Part shown: positions 26,396 to 38,623 of the stretch, piece by piece
Position numbering within the stretch: position 1 is the first letter of the stretch
Layout: every line of letters begins with the position of its first letter
NCBI GenBank assembly: GCA_028291945.1
Contig: JAQGNH010000392.1
Span: forward strand, 29,013-93,012
Source: Betaproteobacteria bacterium
GTDB taxonomy: Bacteria > Pseudomonadota > Gammaproteobacteria > Burkholderiales > SG8-41
DNA: 64,000 nucleotides
Reading direction: 5' to 3'
The notes under the pieces: generated by a model
Told to the model about the DNA's origin: nothing
The model's input: the letters and a program-made list of their open reading frames with translations, nothing else
Databases searched by the model: none
Made by a program: the position numbers and the translations under genes

Positions 26396-28981
26396 ATGGA
26401 CGCCTCCGCGGCGGTCGCGCGCCCCGCACCTGGGTCCACACTCACGCACTGGAAGCAGCGGCTGGCGCTCGAACGCCAGCAGCTCAAAACGCAATTTCTG
26501 AACCGCCCAGCGCCTGCGGGACTATTGCGGCGCCTGAGCTCTGTCGTCGACCGACAGCTGCGCGAAGTCTGGGACAGTTATGCAATGCCCGCCGGCCTTG
26601 CCTTAGTCGCCGTAGGTGGCTACGGCCGGGGCGCGCTCTATCCCTATTCCGACGTTGATCTGCTTATTCTTCTCCCCAGCCCGGCTCACGAAGTTCCCGA
26701 GCGCGAGTTGCAGCAGTTCATCGGCACCTTGTGGGACATCGGCCTCGAAGTGGGTCACAGCGTTCGCACCGTCGCACAGTGTCTGTCTCTGGCGGAACAG
26801 GACATTACCGTGCAGACAACGCTGCTCGAGTCCCGACTGATCACCGGAAATCGGGCGCTCTTCCGGGAGTTCGAGGCGGCGACCTCTGCTGCCATGGACA
26901 CCCGGGCCTTCTTGGAGGCAAAGCAACTAGAGCAGCAGCAGCGACACGCACGCTTTCAGGCAACAAACCTGGAACCCAATATCAAGGAAAGTGCCGGCGG
27001 CTTGCGGGACCTGCAAACAATACTCTGGATCGCGCGTGCTGCAGGCATCGGTAAGAGCTGGAAGGAGGTTGCCGAGCGCGACCTGATCACGGCGACCGAG
27101 GCACGAGAGATTCAGCGCCACGAACGTTTTCTGCAGACCCTGCGCACGCGGCTGCATTATCTCGCCTCGCGGCGTGAGGATCGGCTCCTCTTCGACCATC
27201 AATCGGCGCTCGCGGCGCAGATGGGTTTGCAGGACAAACCGCATCGGCTCGCGAGCGAACAGCTCATGCAGCAGTATTATCAAGCGGCCAAAGCCGTCGC
27301 ACAGCTGAATACGATTTTGCTTCAAAACCTTACGGCACTGATCTCACCGCCACAGGATCGCGAGTTTCACCCGATCAATGATCGCTTCGGCATGCGGGGA
27401 GAGTTGCTCGAGGCAAAGACCGACGATCTCTACGAACGCCATCCTGCCGCGCTGCTGGAGACTTTCGTGCTGTTACAGACCCATCACGAGCTGAAAGGCA
27501 TCAGCGCAGGCACGCTGCGCGCTTTGTGGCGAGGCCGCCGTTTGATCGACGATCAGTTCAGACGGAACGCTGTGAATCGCGATCTCTTCATGCGCATACT
27601 GAAAAGCCCATCCAGAGTGGACCGCGAGCTTCGACGGATGAACCAGTACGGCGTTCTCGGCCGATATCTTCCCGAATTCGGGCGCGTGGTCGGGCAGATG
27701 CAACACGATCTGTACCACGTATACACTGTTGACGAGCACATCCTAAAAGTCGTGCGCAACCTGCGCCGATTTGCCGTGCCTGAGCTCGCTCACGAATTCC
27801 CGTTGTGCACTCGTCTGATGACCGACTTCGCGCAGCCCGAAGTTCTTTACCTCGCGGGACTGTTCCACGATATCGCAAAGGGGCGTGGCGGCGATCACTC
27901 ACATCTCGGTGCGCAGGACGCGCTCCGTTTTGCCCGCACGCACGAGCTCTCTGCCGAGGACGCGAATCTCGTGGCATGGCTCGTGGAAAATCACCTGGTC
28001 ATGTCATCGACGGCGCAAAAGCAGGACATCAGTGACCCCGATGTCATCCGTGCATTTGCGGAACGCGTGGGCGATGACCGCAGGCTTAGCGCACTCTACT
28101 TGCTCACCGTCGCAGATATACGAGGCACCAGTCCGAAGGTCTGGAACGCGTGGAAAGCGAAGCTCCTGGAGGATCTATTTCATCTTACGCGGCGCCTCCT
28201 GGCAGGTCACGGCGCGAGCGTCGAAAGCAGTATTCAGACGCGCCAGGAAGAAGCGCGCTCAAAATTGCGCCTCTATGCGGTCCCGGAACACGCACACGAA
28301 AAGCTGTGGGCACAGCTCGACACCGCTTATTTTCTGCGCCACGACCCCCAGGAAATCGCCTGGCATACGCGACTTCTGTATTACCGCCCCGACACCCCGA
28401 CACCCGTGGTGAAGGCACGGCTGTCCCCCGCCGGTGAAGGGCTGCAGGTCATGGTCTACGCTGAGGACCAGAAAGAACTGTTTGCGCGCATCTGCAGCTT
28501 CTTCGAAAGCATCAGCTACGACATCCACGAAGCCAAGGTATACACCTCCCGCACCGGATACGCGCTTGACACCTTTCAGGTGCAGGACCCGAACAACGAC
28601 AGCCCGCGCTATCGGGACATCATGAGCTACATCGAATACGAGCTTGCGGAGCGCCTCGTGCACAAGTCGCCGCTCCCGGCGTTACCGCATCCGCGCCTGA
28701 ATCGGCAGCTTCGACATTTTCCGATATCACCTGAAGTCAACATCCAACCCGACGACAAAGGTACTTATCAGGTGCTTTCCGTCATCGCAGGTGACCGGCC
28801 GGGGCTGCTGTCGCGAATCGCACGGGTGCTCACGGCGTACGACATCAGCCTGCATACCGCAAAAATCAATACGCTGGGCGCCCGTGCCGAAGACGTATTT
28901 CTGATCAGCGGCAATACACTGCACAATGCGAAGCGGGTGATCCGTTTCGAAGCAGATCTCATCGAGCAGCTGCGTACGTAG
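26396..28981 (+). CDS. glnD: [Protein-PII] uridylyltransferase
   Basis: AVGGYGRG..SDVD nucleotidyltransferase motif, HVYTVDEH, HDIAKGRGGDHS, C-terminal ACT domains. Confidence 0.98.
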   Translation: MDASAAVARPAPGSTLTHWKQRLALERQQLKTQFLNRPAPAGLLRRLSSVVDRQLREVWDSYAMPAGLALVAVGGYGRGALYPYSDVDLLILLPSPAHEVPERELQQFIGTLWDIGLEVGHSVRTVAQCLSLAEQDITVQTTLLESRLITGNRALFREFEAATSAAMDTRAFLEAKQLEQQQRHARFQATNLEPNIKESAGGLRDLQTILWIARAAGIGKSWKEVAERDLITATEAREIQRHERFLQTLRTRLHYLASRREDRLLFDHQSALAAQMGLQDKPHRLASEQLMQQYYQAAKAVAQLNTILLQNLTALISPPQDREFHPINDRFGMRGELLEAKTDDLYERHPAALLETFVLLQTHHELKGISAGTLRALWRGRRLIDDQFRRNAVNRDLFMRILKSPSRVDRELRRMNQYGVLGRYLPEFGRVVGQMQHDLYHVYTVDEHILKVVRNLRRFAVPELAHEFPLCTRLMTDFAQPEVLYLAGLFHDIAKGRGGDHSHLGAQDALRFARTHELSAEDANLVAWLVENHLVMSSTAQKQDISDPDVIRAFAERVGDDRRLSALYLLTVADIRGTSPKVWNAWKAKLLEDLFHLTRRLLAGHGASVESSIQTRQEEARSKLRLYAVPEHAHEKLWAQLDTAYFLRHDPQEIAWHTRLLYYRPDTPTPVVKARLSPAGEGLQVMVYAEDQKELFARICSFFESISYDIHEAKVYTSRTGYALDTFQVQDPNNDSPRYRDIMSYIEYELAERLVHKSPLPALPHPRLNRQLRHFPISPEVNIQPDDKGTYQVLSVIAGDRPGLLSRIARVLTAYDISLHTAKINTLGARAEDVFLISGNTLHNAKRVIRFEADLIEQLRT

Positions 28982-28987
28982 ACAACG

Positions 28988-29932
28988 ATGAGTCAGATCC
29001 TGCAGGCTGATTTCTGTGAGTTAAGGAGTGAGGGCCTCATCGCTTTCAGCGGGGAAGATGCGCTTTCTTTTCTCCACGCGCAGTTAACGAGCGATGTTGC
29101 CGGCCTCTTCGAATCGCAGACTCAATACAGCGGCTACTGCTCCCCTAAAGGGCGTCTGCTCGCCACGTTTTTACTGTGGCGGCGGCCGGCGGATGTCCTC
29201 ATGCAGCTGCCCGCCGATTTGCGGGAAAGCGTGCAGCAACGCCTCTCAAAATACGTGCTGCGTGCACGCGTTCGCGTGAGTGCTGCAAGCGGGCGGTATC
29301 TGATGTTCGGATTGGCGGGCGAACGCGCGCGCTCAGTCCTGGCCGAAATGAACTTGCCGCTGCCGAGCGCCGACCACGAGGTCACTTCGGCGGGCGATGT
29401 ATACGTCACACGTCTGCCTGTGAACCGATATGTAATCCTCGCAGAGGCTGATCGCGGAGCGAGCCTGCGTGCAAGCCTCGATAAACACGCGCGGCCTCAG
29501 GACGTCACCCTCTGGGACCGGCTCGACATTGAGGCGGGCATCCCTGTGATCACGAGTCAGACTCAAGATCAGCACGTTCCGCAGATGGTGAACCTGGATT
29601 TGATCGGGGCCGTAAGCTACAGCAAGGGGTGTTATCCCGGACAAGAGATTGTGGCGCGCACGCATTACCTGGGGCGGCTGAAACAGCGTATGTACAGACT
29701 GTCTGTTCCAACACTCCAGCCGGTGCGCGCGGGCGATCCGCTTTTCAGTGCGCAGTTCGGTGACGCGCAGGCAAGCGGCTCGATCGTGCAGGCAACCCGC
29801 CGCCACAGCGCTGTTTTTGAGGCACTTGCGGTCATTCAGACGGCCAGCGTGCAGGCAGGCGCCGTTCACTTCACCTCCCCGCAGGGTCCTGTCGTGGATT
29901 TTCTCTCTTTGCCATACGCGATACCCAGCTGA
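28988..29932 (+). CDS. ygfZ: Folate-binding protein YgfZ
   Basis: KGCYPGQE signature; GEDALSFLHAQLTSD. Confidence 0.95.
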   Translation: MSQILQADFCELRSEGLIAFSGEDALSFLHAQLTSDVAGLFESQTQYSGYCSPKGRLLATFLLWRRPADVLMQLPADLRESVQQRLSKYVLRARVRVSAASGRYLMFGLAGERARSVLAEMNLPLPSADHEVTSAGDVYVTRLPVNRYVILAEADRGASLRASLDKHARPQDVTLWDRLDIEAGIPVITSQTQDQHVPQMVNLDLIGAVSYSKGCYPGQEIVARTHYLGRLKQRMYRLSVPTLQPVRAGDPLFSAQFGDAQASGSIVQATRRHSAVFEALAVIQTASVQAGAVHFTSPQGPVVDFLSLPYAIPS

Positions 29933-30029
29933 TTTCCGCTGGATGAATCCATGCCGTGGCATGCCGCTTGCTGATTCATTACCGAAGCGCAACTGCCGTT
30001 GCGCACTTAATAGTCAGCAGGGAAACATC

Positions 30030-30341
30030 ATGGCCGGATTTGAATCGCTGTTCGCATCGATAGACGCCTGGTTTGGTTTCGTGGGCTCGTGTGTAGCGGG
30101 TGGCGGTTCGGCCTGCCGTCCCTTTCTCGCGTTTGTCGCTTTGACTGCGGCTGCCGGCGCGGCGCTCGCGCTTCTCGCCCTCGCGTATAGGGCACTGCTG
30201 CAGCAGGACCAGTCGCGACAAGTTGAGTCAAGTCAAAAGCCTCAACGCGAGCCGCAAGCTCGCCAACCCGTGCGCAGTCTTCCAGCGCGAGTACCTGGCG
30301 CGAACGCTGCGCCGGTAGGCGGCTGGCGAATGACCGCCTAG
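30030..30341 (+). CDS. Hypothetical small membrane protein
   Basis: ATG 30030 after AGGGA; hydrophobic stretch FLAFVALTAAAGAALALLALAY; no recognised family. Confidence 0.5.
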   Translation: MAGFESLFASIDAWFGFVGSCVAGGGSACRPFLAFVALTAAAGAALALLALAYRALLQQDQSRQVESSQKPQREPQARQPVRSLPARVPGANAAPVGGWRMTA

Positions 30342-30418
30342 AGTCGAGTAGGCCTCCATAGCACGGCAATCGCTCCCTGACGGGCGCGATCAGCTTACAA
30401 TGCGGTGGCGGGGTCTGC

Positions 30419-30700
30419 ATGGCTTATTCGTATTACATCTATTATCGCGTCGCAACCGATCACGCCAACAGCTGCGAATCGCGCGTACTCGAGCTCTTTT
30501 CAGCGATCAAGCAAGCGACGAACATCGCAGGCCGGCTGCTGAAGAAGCGCAGCGAACCGCTGCTGTGGATGGAAGTGTACGAGAACGTCCGTGATGATGC
30601 GAAGTTCGAGCTTGAGCTCGAGCAGGCAGCCGCGCAGCTGAAAATTGCGGAGTGTCTGCAGGAGGGATCCACGCGTCGCGCCGAATGCTTTGAGGCGTGA
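30419..30700 (+). CDS. DUF4936-family protein
   Basis: YYIYYRV, WMEVYE, RRAECF motifs. Confidence 0.8.
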   Translation: MAYSYYIYYRVATDHANSCESRVLELFSAIKQATNIAGRLLKKRSEPLLWMEVYENVRDDAKFELELEQAAAQLKIAECLQEGSTRRAECFEA

Positions 30701-30703
30701 CGC

Positions 30704-31537
30704 ATGTGCGTGATCCTCTTCGCCGTCGGAGCCCATCCCCGATTTCCGCTGATTGTTGCTGCGAACCGCGACGAAGCCTACGCCCGCCCCGCCGCACAGG
30801 CCGAATTCTGGCAGGACCCGCCCCACGTCTACGGCGGCAGGGATCTCGAACGGGGTGGCACATGGCTCGGCCTTGCATTGAACGGTCGCTTTGCCGCGAT
30901 CACCAATTATCGCCAAGGTCATCACGGGAAAGCTCCAAGATCGCGCGGTGATCTCACTCGTGACTACCTGGCCGGAATCGCGGAACCCTTGCATTATCTG
31001 CGCGGGGCGGAGGAACGCTGCAGGCAATATCGCGGCTTCAGCCTGATCGCGGGCACCGTCTACGGCCTGTACTTTTATTCGAACCGCAGCCACGGAATCC
31101 AGGCGATCGAGCCCGGTGTGCATGGCCTCAGCAATCGTCTCCTCGATGAACCATGGCCCAAGGTTGAGCGTGGTGTGGCCGTACTGACGAGTCTGCTCGA
31201 GAGTTCCGAAACCGACATTACGCAAGCGCTACTCGCGCTGCTCCGCGACCGCACGCCGGCGCCGGACCATCTTCTTCCATCGACGGGCATTGCACTGGAA
31301 CGCGAGCGCGCGCTATCCGCAGCTTTTATCGCGGGCGACACTTACGGAACGCGCGCTTCAACGGTCTTACTGGTCAGTCAAGATGGGGAAGTGCTGTATT
31401 GCGAGCGCAGCTTCGGCCCGCACGGCACACCTCTTGGCAGTGTCGATCGGCGTTTTCAGCTCAACGACGCGTCACGTGTCAGCGCGCCGATACCAGCGGC
31501 AGCTCCATTATCCGGTGCGGGATACCAGCCTCCGTAA
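30704..31537 (+). CDS. NRDE/TANGO2-family protein
   Basis: MCVILF start, AANRDE, GGTWLG, SRG, YGTRAST. Confidence 0.93.
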   Translation: MCVILFAVGAHPRFPLIVAANRDEAYARPAAQAEFWQDPPHVYGGRDLERGGTWLGLALNGRFAAITNYRQGHHGKAPRSRGDLTRDYLAGIAEPLHYLRGAEERCRQYRGFSLIAGTVYGLYFYSNRSHGIQAIEPGVHGLSNRLLDEPWPKVERGVAVLTSLLESSETDITQALLALLRDRTPAPDHLLPSTGIALERERALSAAFIAGDTYGTRASTVLLVSQDGEVLYCERSFGPHGTPLGSVDRRFQLNDASRVSAPIPAAAPLSGAGYQPP

Positions 31538-31931
31538 ACTCCGGACCCACCGCGATGAACCCGCAACGCGCGTAGAAGCCGATCGCGTGGGTTTGAGCGT
31601 GCAGCCGCACAGTGCTGCAGCCATCGTTTCGAGCGATTTCCACCAGCGTTCTCAGGATGGCGTCCCCGACGCCGCGGCCGCGCCATCCTTTCAAAACGGC
31701 CATTCGCCCGATGTGACAGTCGCTCTTAAGTCTTCCCGTGCCGATCGGAGCGCCATCAGGATCGATGGCAAGCACGTGACGCGAGCGCTCGTCTTCGTCG
31801 TCCCATTCGAGATTTTCGGGAACGCTCTGCTCTTCGATGAAGACCGCGCGGCGGACGAAGTGGAGGTCGGCCCGCCTTGCATCCCACTCGACGCGCTGTA
31901 CCGTGAATGACGCAATAGCTGGCATCGCCAT
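31479..31931 (-). CDS. GNAT N-acetyltransferase (YjcF/ElaA-like)
   Basis: RRAVFIEEQ, IGRMAVLKGWRGRGVG, LHAQTHAIGFY, EAGIPH. Confidence 0.9.
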   Translation of the reverse strand: MAMPAIASFTVQRVEWDARRADLHFVRRAVFIEEQSVPENLEWDDEDERSRHVLAIDPDGAPIGTGRLKSDCHIGRMAVLKGWRGRGVGDAILRTLVEIARNDGCSTVRLHAQTHAIGFYARCGFIAVGPEFTEAGIPHRIMELPLVSAR

Positions 31932-32063
31932 GCGGTATTGTAACGGCCGCAAGCACTGCCCCGAGCACCCCGCCGTGGAACTGCTGCTACCGGGTTATGA
32001 ACGGCAACAGCTCGATGTAATCAGCAACGCGGCCTTTGCAGCCGCCAGCCGCGCTGAGCTCGC

Positions 32064-32804
32064 CTAGATCGTGAGCCCGCCGCTAACTTCGATAACGGCA
32101 CCGTTGATGTAGCTGGCTTCGTCCGACGCCAGAAATGCGAAGGTGTTGGCGACCTCCTCCGGCCTGCCGAGTCGGCCCATCGGGACCTTTTCTTCGAGGG
32201 CGTGGAGCACGCGCTCCGGAATCGAGCCCAGGATGCTCGTTGCGATAAAACCCGGGCAAACCGCATTCGCCCGTATACCTTTACGGCCCAGCTCGCGCGC
32301 CCACGTTTTCACCATGCCGATTACACCGAACTTGCTCGCCGCATAGTTCGTCTGGCCGAAATTGCCATACAGACCGACGATTGACGACGCGTTCAGGATC
32401 ACGCCTGACTGCTGCGCGAGCATCGTGTTCACGACCGCCTTGGTACAGTTGTAGACGCCCTTCAGATTGATTTCGATGACGCTATCGAACTGATCGTCCG
32501 TCATATTCTTCAACTGTGCATCCATGACGATGCCGGCGTTGTTGACGAGGCAGTCCACACGTCCCCACTTGGCGATGGTCACTTCGACCATCTGCTCCAG
32601 TGACTTGACGTCTCGCACATCGGCGACGTAGCCGAATGCGTCGCCGCGGGTTTCCTTGCACATCTCAACCGTTTCTTCGATCCATTCGGGCGAGAGGTCA
32701 CAGACGACGACTTTCGCGCCTTCGCGCGCGAACTTGACGGCTGTGGCCTGCCCAATGCCCCGGCCTGCCCCCGTGATGATCGCTACTTTGTCTTGGAGTC
32801 TCAT
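32064..32804 (-). CDS. fabG: 3-oxoacyl-ACP / acetoacetyl-CoA reductase (FabG/PhaB-like SDR)
   Basis: TGAGRGIG, NNAGI, GNFGQTNYAASK. Confidence 0.85.
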   Translation of the reverse strand: MRLQDKVAIITGAGRGIGQATAVKFAREGAKVVVCDLSPEWIEETVEMCKETRGDAFGYVADVRDVKSLEQMVEVTIAKWGRVDCLVNNAGIVMDAQLKNMTDDQFDSVIEINLKGVYNCTKAVVNTMLAQQSGVILNASSIVGLYGNFGQTNYAASKFGVIGMVKTWARELGRKGIRANAVCPGFIATSILGSIPERVLHALEEKVPMGRLGRPEEVANTFAFLASDEASYINGAVIEVSGGLTI

Positions 32805-32838
32805 CGACCTACAACCTCTCTGTCAGGAATACGCCGCG

Positions 32839-32879
32839 CTGCGCCGCACAATGTAGCGTAATTTTCTGCGTTGCACAAT
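32839..32879. promoter_or_regulatory. Pair of TGC-N3-GCA boxes (PhaR-like operator) upstream of the SDR gene
   Basis: CTGCGCCGCACAAT (32839-32852) and CTGCGTTGCACAAT (32866-32879). Confidence 0.45.
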
Positions 32880-33005
32880 CCGTGCCCGATTCAGCGCACC
32901 CCCTACTTATGCGGTTAAGTTCCACTTAAGACGCTAGATGTAGGGGAACGTGCCAAAATACACGCAGCGTTCTGCGGCGCGTCCGCGCGGACTGTCAACA
33001 CCGCT

Positions 33006-35053
<2,048 letters not shown>

Positions 35054-35161
35054 AACAGGCGTCAGCGGTCAGGCTTAAACGGTCCGCAGGGGAACGGCAG
35101 TGCACGTGCAAGCAAGCGACTCGAAATTGCGGTAACCCGCAACGGCTGACCGCTGACCGGT

Positions 35162-36628
35162 TTACTCAATACGGTAGTTCGGAGCTTCCTTGGTGATCTG
35201 CACGTCGTGCACATGAGACTCGCGGATCCCGGCCGCAGTAATTTCGACAAACTCTGCTTTCGTTCTGACCTCTTCGATCGTGCCGCAGCCGAGATAACCC
35301 ATGCTTGCGCGCAAACCGCCCATCAACTGCTGGATCAGCGGAACGAGCCCGCCCTTGTAAGGCACACGACCCTCGACGCCTTCCGGCACGAGTTTGTCAG
35401 TGTCGAGCTCGTCATTGTCCTGAAAATAGCGGTCGGCGGAGCCTTGCTGCATCGCGCCCAGCGAGCCCATGCCGCGGTAAGCCTTATACGAGCGCCCCTG
35501 ATAGAGCTCCGTCTCGCCGGGTGCCTCTTCGGTCCCGGCAAAGAGGCTGCCGATCATGACACTGTGCGCGCCGGCGGCGAGGGCTTTCGCAATGTCGCCC
35601 GAGTAACGGATGCCGCCATCTGCAATGAGCGGCACGTCAGTGCGCGCAAGCGCTTTCGCAACGTTTGCCACCGCTGTGATCTGGGGTACGCCGATGCCTG
35701 CGACGATGCGCGTCGTGCAAATCGAGCCCGGTCCGATGCCGACTTTAACCCCGTCTGCGCCGTTGTCGACGAGCGCTTTTGCCGCAGCCGCCGTCGCAAT
35801 ATTTCCGCCTATCACCTGCGTCTTGGGATGCGTGCGTTTGATCCAGCGCACGCGGCTGAGTACGCCTTCCGAGTGACCGTGTGCAGTGTCGACGACAATG
35901 ACGTCGACAGCCGCTTCAAGCAAGGCTTCTACGCGTTCCTCGGTGCCCTCGCCCACCCCCACGGCCGCACCGACGCGCAGCCGCCCAAGATCGTCCTTGC
36001 TCGCGTGCGGATGTTCCGATGACTTCAGGATATCCTTCACCGTAATCAGTCCACGCAGCTCGAAGTTGTCGTTGATGACGAGCACGCGTTCGAGACGATG
36101 CTTGTGCATCAGGGCCAGCGCCTCCTCTCGCGGCGAACCTTCGCGCACCGTAACGAGCCGCTCGCGCGGCGTCATGATGTTCTTGATCGGTTGGTCGAGC
36201 TCAGTCTCGAAACGCAGATCTCGGTTAGTGACGATCCCGATGATCTTGCCGGAGGCGTTGATGACCGGCAGTCCTGAGATGCGGTGCTGCTGCGTGATCT
36301 GCAAAACATCACGCACCGTCATCGCCTCGGTGACCGTGATCGGATCCTTGACAATGCCGCTCTCGAAGCGCTTCACCTTGGTGACTTCGACGGCTTGCGC
36401 TTTCGGCGACATATTCTTGTGCACGATGCCGATGCCGCCTTCCTGAGCAACCGCGATAGCCAAACGCGCTTCCGTGACGGTGTCCATGGCAGCGGAGGCC
36501 ACGGGAATATTCAGGGTAATGCCGCGGGTCAGACGTGACTTCAGGTTTACGTCGCGCGGAAGGATAGTCGAGTGGGCCGGAACCAGGAGAACGTCGTCGA
36601 AGGTTAGGGCTTTCTCCACCACGCGCAT
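35162..36628 (-). CDS. guaB: IMP dehydrogenase
   Basis: [12 protein letters not shown] pair, [17 protein letters not shown]. Confidence 0.99.
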   Translation of the reverse strand: MRVVEKALTFDDVLLVPAHSTILPRDVNLKSRLTRGITLNIPVASAAMDTVTEARLAIAVAQEGGIGIVHKNMSPKAQAVEVTKVKRFESGIVKDPITVTEAMTVRDVLQITQQHRISGLPVINASGKIIGIVTNRDLRFETELDQPIKNIMTPRERLVTVREGSPREEALALMHKHRLERVLVINDNFELRGLITVKDILKSSEHPHASKDDLGRLRVGAAVGVGEGTEERVEALLEAAVDVIVVDTAHGHSEGVLSRVRWIKRTHPKTQVIGGNIATAAAAKALVDNGADGVKVGIGPGSICTTRIVAGIGVPQITAVANVAKALARTDVPLIADGGIRYSGDIAKALAAGAHSVMIGSLFAGTEEAPGETELYQGRSYKAYRGMGSLGAMQQGSADRYFQDNDELDTDKLVPEGVEGRVPYKGGLVPLIQQLMGGLRASMGYLGCGTIEEVRTKAEFVEITAAGIRESHVHDVQITKEAPNYRIE

Positions 36629-36783
36629 ATTTGTTCCTTCGCAAAGTCAGCATTATACGTGCGGTCACGTAAACCGCCAACGAAACCAGGCGTTAGTGGT
36701 TTGACTGTGCACGACAAAATGGCTATGTTCGCGCTCGCCCATGGGCGCTCGAAGCGCCTGTGCATACACATTGGGGGACGTTC

Positions 36784-37242
36784 ATGAAAATATTTGCCGT
36801 GCTGTTCATGATGATGGTGTCCGCTGTTGCTTCCGCGCAGATCAATAAATGCATCGATAAGAGCGGTAAGGTGGTGGGCTATGGTAACGAGTGCCCTGAC
36901 GGCATGACGTCCGAGCAAAGCGGTGTCAAGAGCACGTCGCCCGCTTCTTCTGCTCCCGCGTCGGCGCCACAGCAGAAATCACTTGCGGAGCGTGACGCGG
37001 AATTCCGTAAGCGGCAGATCGAGAAGCAGGAAGCCGCGGCGAAAGCAGAAAAGAAGAGCGCAGAAGTCGAACAGCGCAAGCGCGCATGCGACGACTCGCA
37101 AGCGTATCTAAAGACGCTGCAAGCTGGGCAGCGGATAAGCCGCACCGATCCGAAAACGGGCGAGCGAATCTTTCTTTCTGATGGTGAATATCCGAAGGAA
37201 ATCGCAACCGCCGAACGTTCGGTCGCCGGTAACTGCAAGTAA
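36784..37242 (+). CDS. DUF4124-family exported protein
   Basis: Signal peptide, INKCIDKSGKVVGY, coiled coil, paired Cys, C-terminal NCK. Confidence 0.75.
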   Translation: MKIFAVLFMMMVSAVASAQINKCIDKSGKVVGYGNECPDGMTSEQSGVKSTSPASSAPASAPQQKSLAERDAEFRKRQIEKQEAAAKAEKKSAEVEQRKRACDDSQAYLKTLQAGQRISRTDPKTGERIFLSDGEYPKEIATAERSVAGNCK

Positions 37243-37247
37243 CCGCC

Positions 37248-37535
37248 CTACTTAAGCCCGCGAGCGGCGCGGCGGTGGCGCGCCTGTTTCGCATCCGCTA
37301 GGAGCGGACGATAGATCTCCACCCGGTCGCCATCGCGCAAAAGGACATCGCCAGTTACGAGCCTTCCGTAGATGCCCACCGGCGCCTGCTGCAGTTCGGC
37401 AAGGCTTGTCTGCAGCGCCGCGCGATCAACCGCTTCGCGGACCGTGCTACCCGCAGGCATGCTGAGTGCGATTACGATCTGCTTCTCCGGCCGCGCGTAA
37501 ACAACCTCGACGCCGATAGTCTGTTCAGGCGCCAT
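37248..37535 (-). CDS. ratB: RnfH/RatB ubiquitin-like protein
   Basis: VEVVYA, VGIYG, GDRVEIYRPL..DAKQAR. Confidence 0.93.
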   Translation of the reverse strand: MAPEQTIGVEVVYARPEKQIVIALSMPAGSTVREAVDRAALQTSLAELQQAPVGIYGRLVTGDVLLRDGDRVEIYRPLLADAKQARHRRAARGLK

Positions 37536-37956
37536 ACACTTTGTCCGCGCGATGCACGAAGGCGTCGACGAGTGTATTCGCGATGTAGGTAAACACAGGC
37601 CCGACCAGCATTTCGAGGATCTTGCTCGAAAACTCGTAGTGCAGGCAGAACTCGATCTTGCAGGCGTTTTCAGCCAAGCTTGTGAAGCGCCATTCGCCAT
37701 CGAGTACTCTGAAAGGCCCTTCCACCAGCCGAATGGACATCAGCCGCGGCGCTTCCTTTGTATTCTCAGTGGTAAAGCTCTGCTTGGCACCGTGATAGTT
37801 GACGTTTATGGTCGCCCGTGTGCGGGTCGCGTCGCGGTAGATCACCTTCGTTCCGTTGCACCACGGGAGGAATTCCGGATAGGCCTCCACCGCATCGACC
37901 AGCGCGAACATCTGCTGCGCGGAATGGCCGACGAGCACTGATTTTTGTACGAGCAC
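37525..37956 (-). CDS. ratA: RatA/PasT (Coq10-like START protein)
   Basis: SAQQMFALV, YPEFLPWC, GPFRVLDGEWRF; divergent from smpB. Confidence 0.94.
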   Translation of the reverse strand: MLVQKSVLVGHSAQQMFALVDAVEAYPEFLPWCNGTKVIYRDATRTRATINVNYHGAKQSFTTENTKEAPRLMSIRLVEGPFRVLDGEWRFTSLAENACKIEFCLHYEFSSKILEMLVGPVFTYIANTLVDAFVHRADKVYGA

Positions 37957-38017
37957 TTTTTCTCCGTCCAGCCAACCGCACGTGGGCTGCTAGAATACCC
38001 GCGCACGGCAGTCACCC

Positions 38018-38464
38018 ATGAGTATTATTGAAAACAAGAAAGCGTTCCACGACTATTTTATAGAGGAGCGCTACGAGGCCGGTATCGCCCTGGAGGGGTG
38101 GGAAGTTAAAGCCATCCGTGCCGGACGCGCGCAGCTTAAGGAAGCTTACGTAATCGTCAGCAACGGCGAGCTCTTTCTGCTCGGCTCTCATATCAGTCCG
38201 CTGACGAGCGCATCGACGCACGTGCAGCCCGATCCGACACGCACGAGGAAGCTCTTGCTCAATGCTTCCGAAATCAGCAAACTGATCGGCGCAGTAGAGC
38301 GCGCCGGCTATACGCTCGTGCCGATCAACATGCATTACATGCGTGGCCGCATCAAGCTCGAGATCGGGCTTGCCAAAGGCAAGAAGCAACACGACAAGCG
38401 TGACGCGGAAAAAGACCGCGACTGGAAACGGGAACAGCAGCGTTTGCTGCGCCACAATCGGTGA
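38018..38464 (+). CDS. smpB: SsrA-binding protein
   Basis: [33 protein letters not shown]. Confidence 0.98.
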   Translation: MSIIENKKAFHDYFIEERYEAGIALEGWEVKAIRAGRAQLKEAYVIVSNGELFLLGSHISPLTSASTHVQPDPTRTRKLLLNASEISKLIGAVERAGYTLVPINMHYMRGRIKLEIGLAKGKKQHDKRDAEKDRDWKREQQRLLRHNR

Positions 38465-38623
38465 TCCGACATCATAGCGCGGCTGGCTTTGCTGTTTATC
38501 GGAAGCAGCCGGCTGCGGGGATACGAGAGCAGCAGCTGAAAGAATGATGGGCTGCCTCGTCAGAACATCGGATGTGAATTGCATTAACCGCGTAGACTGT
38601 TCGCACACACAAGGGAGCGCCGT

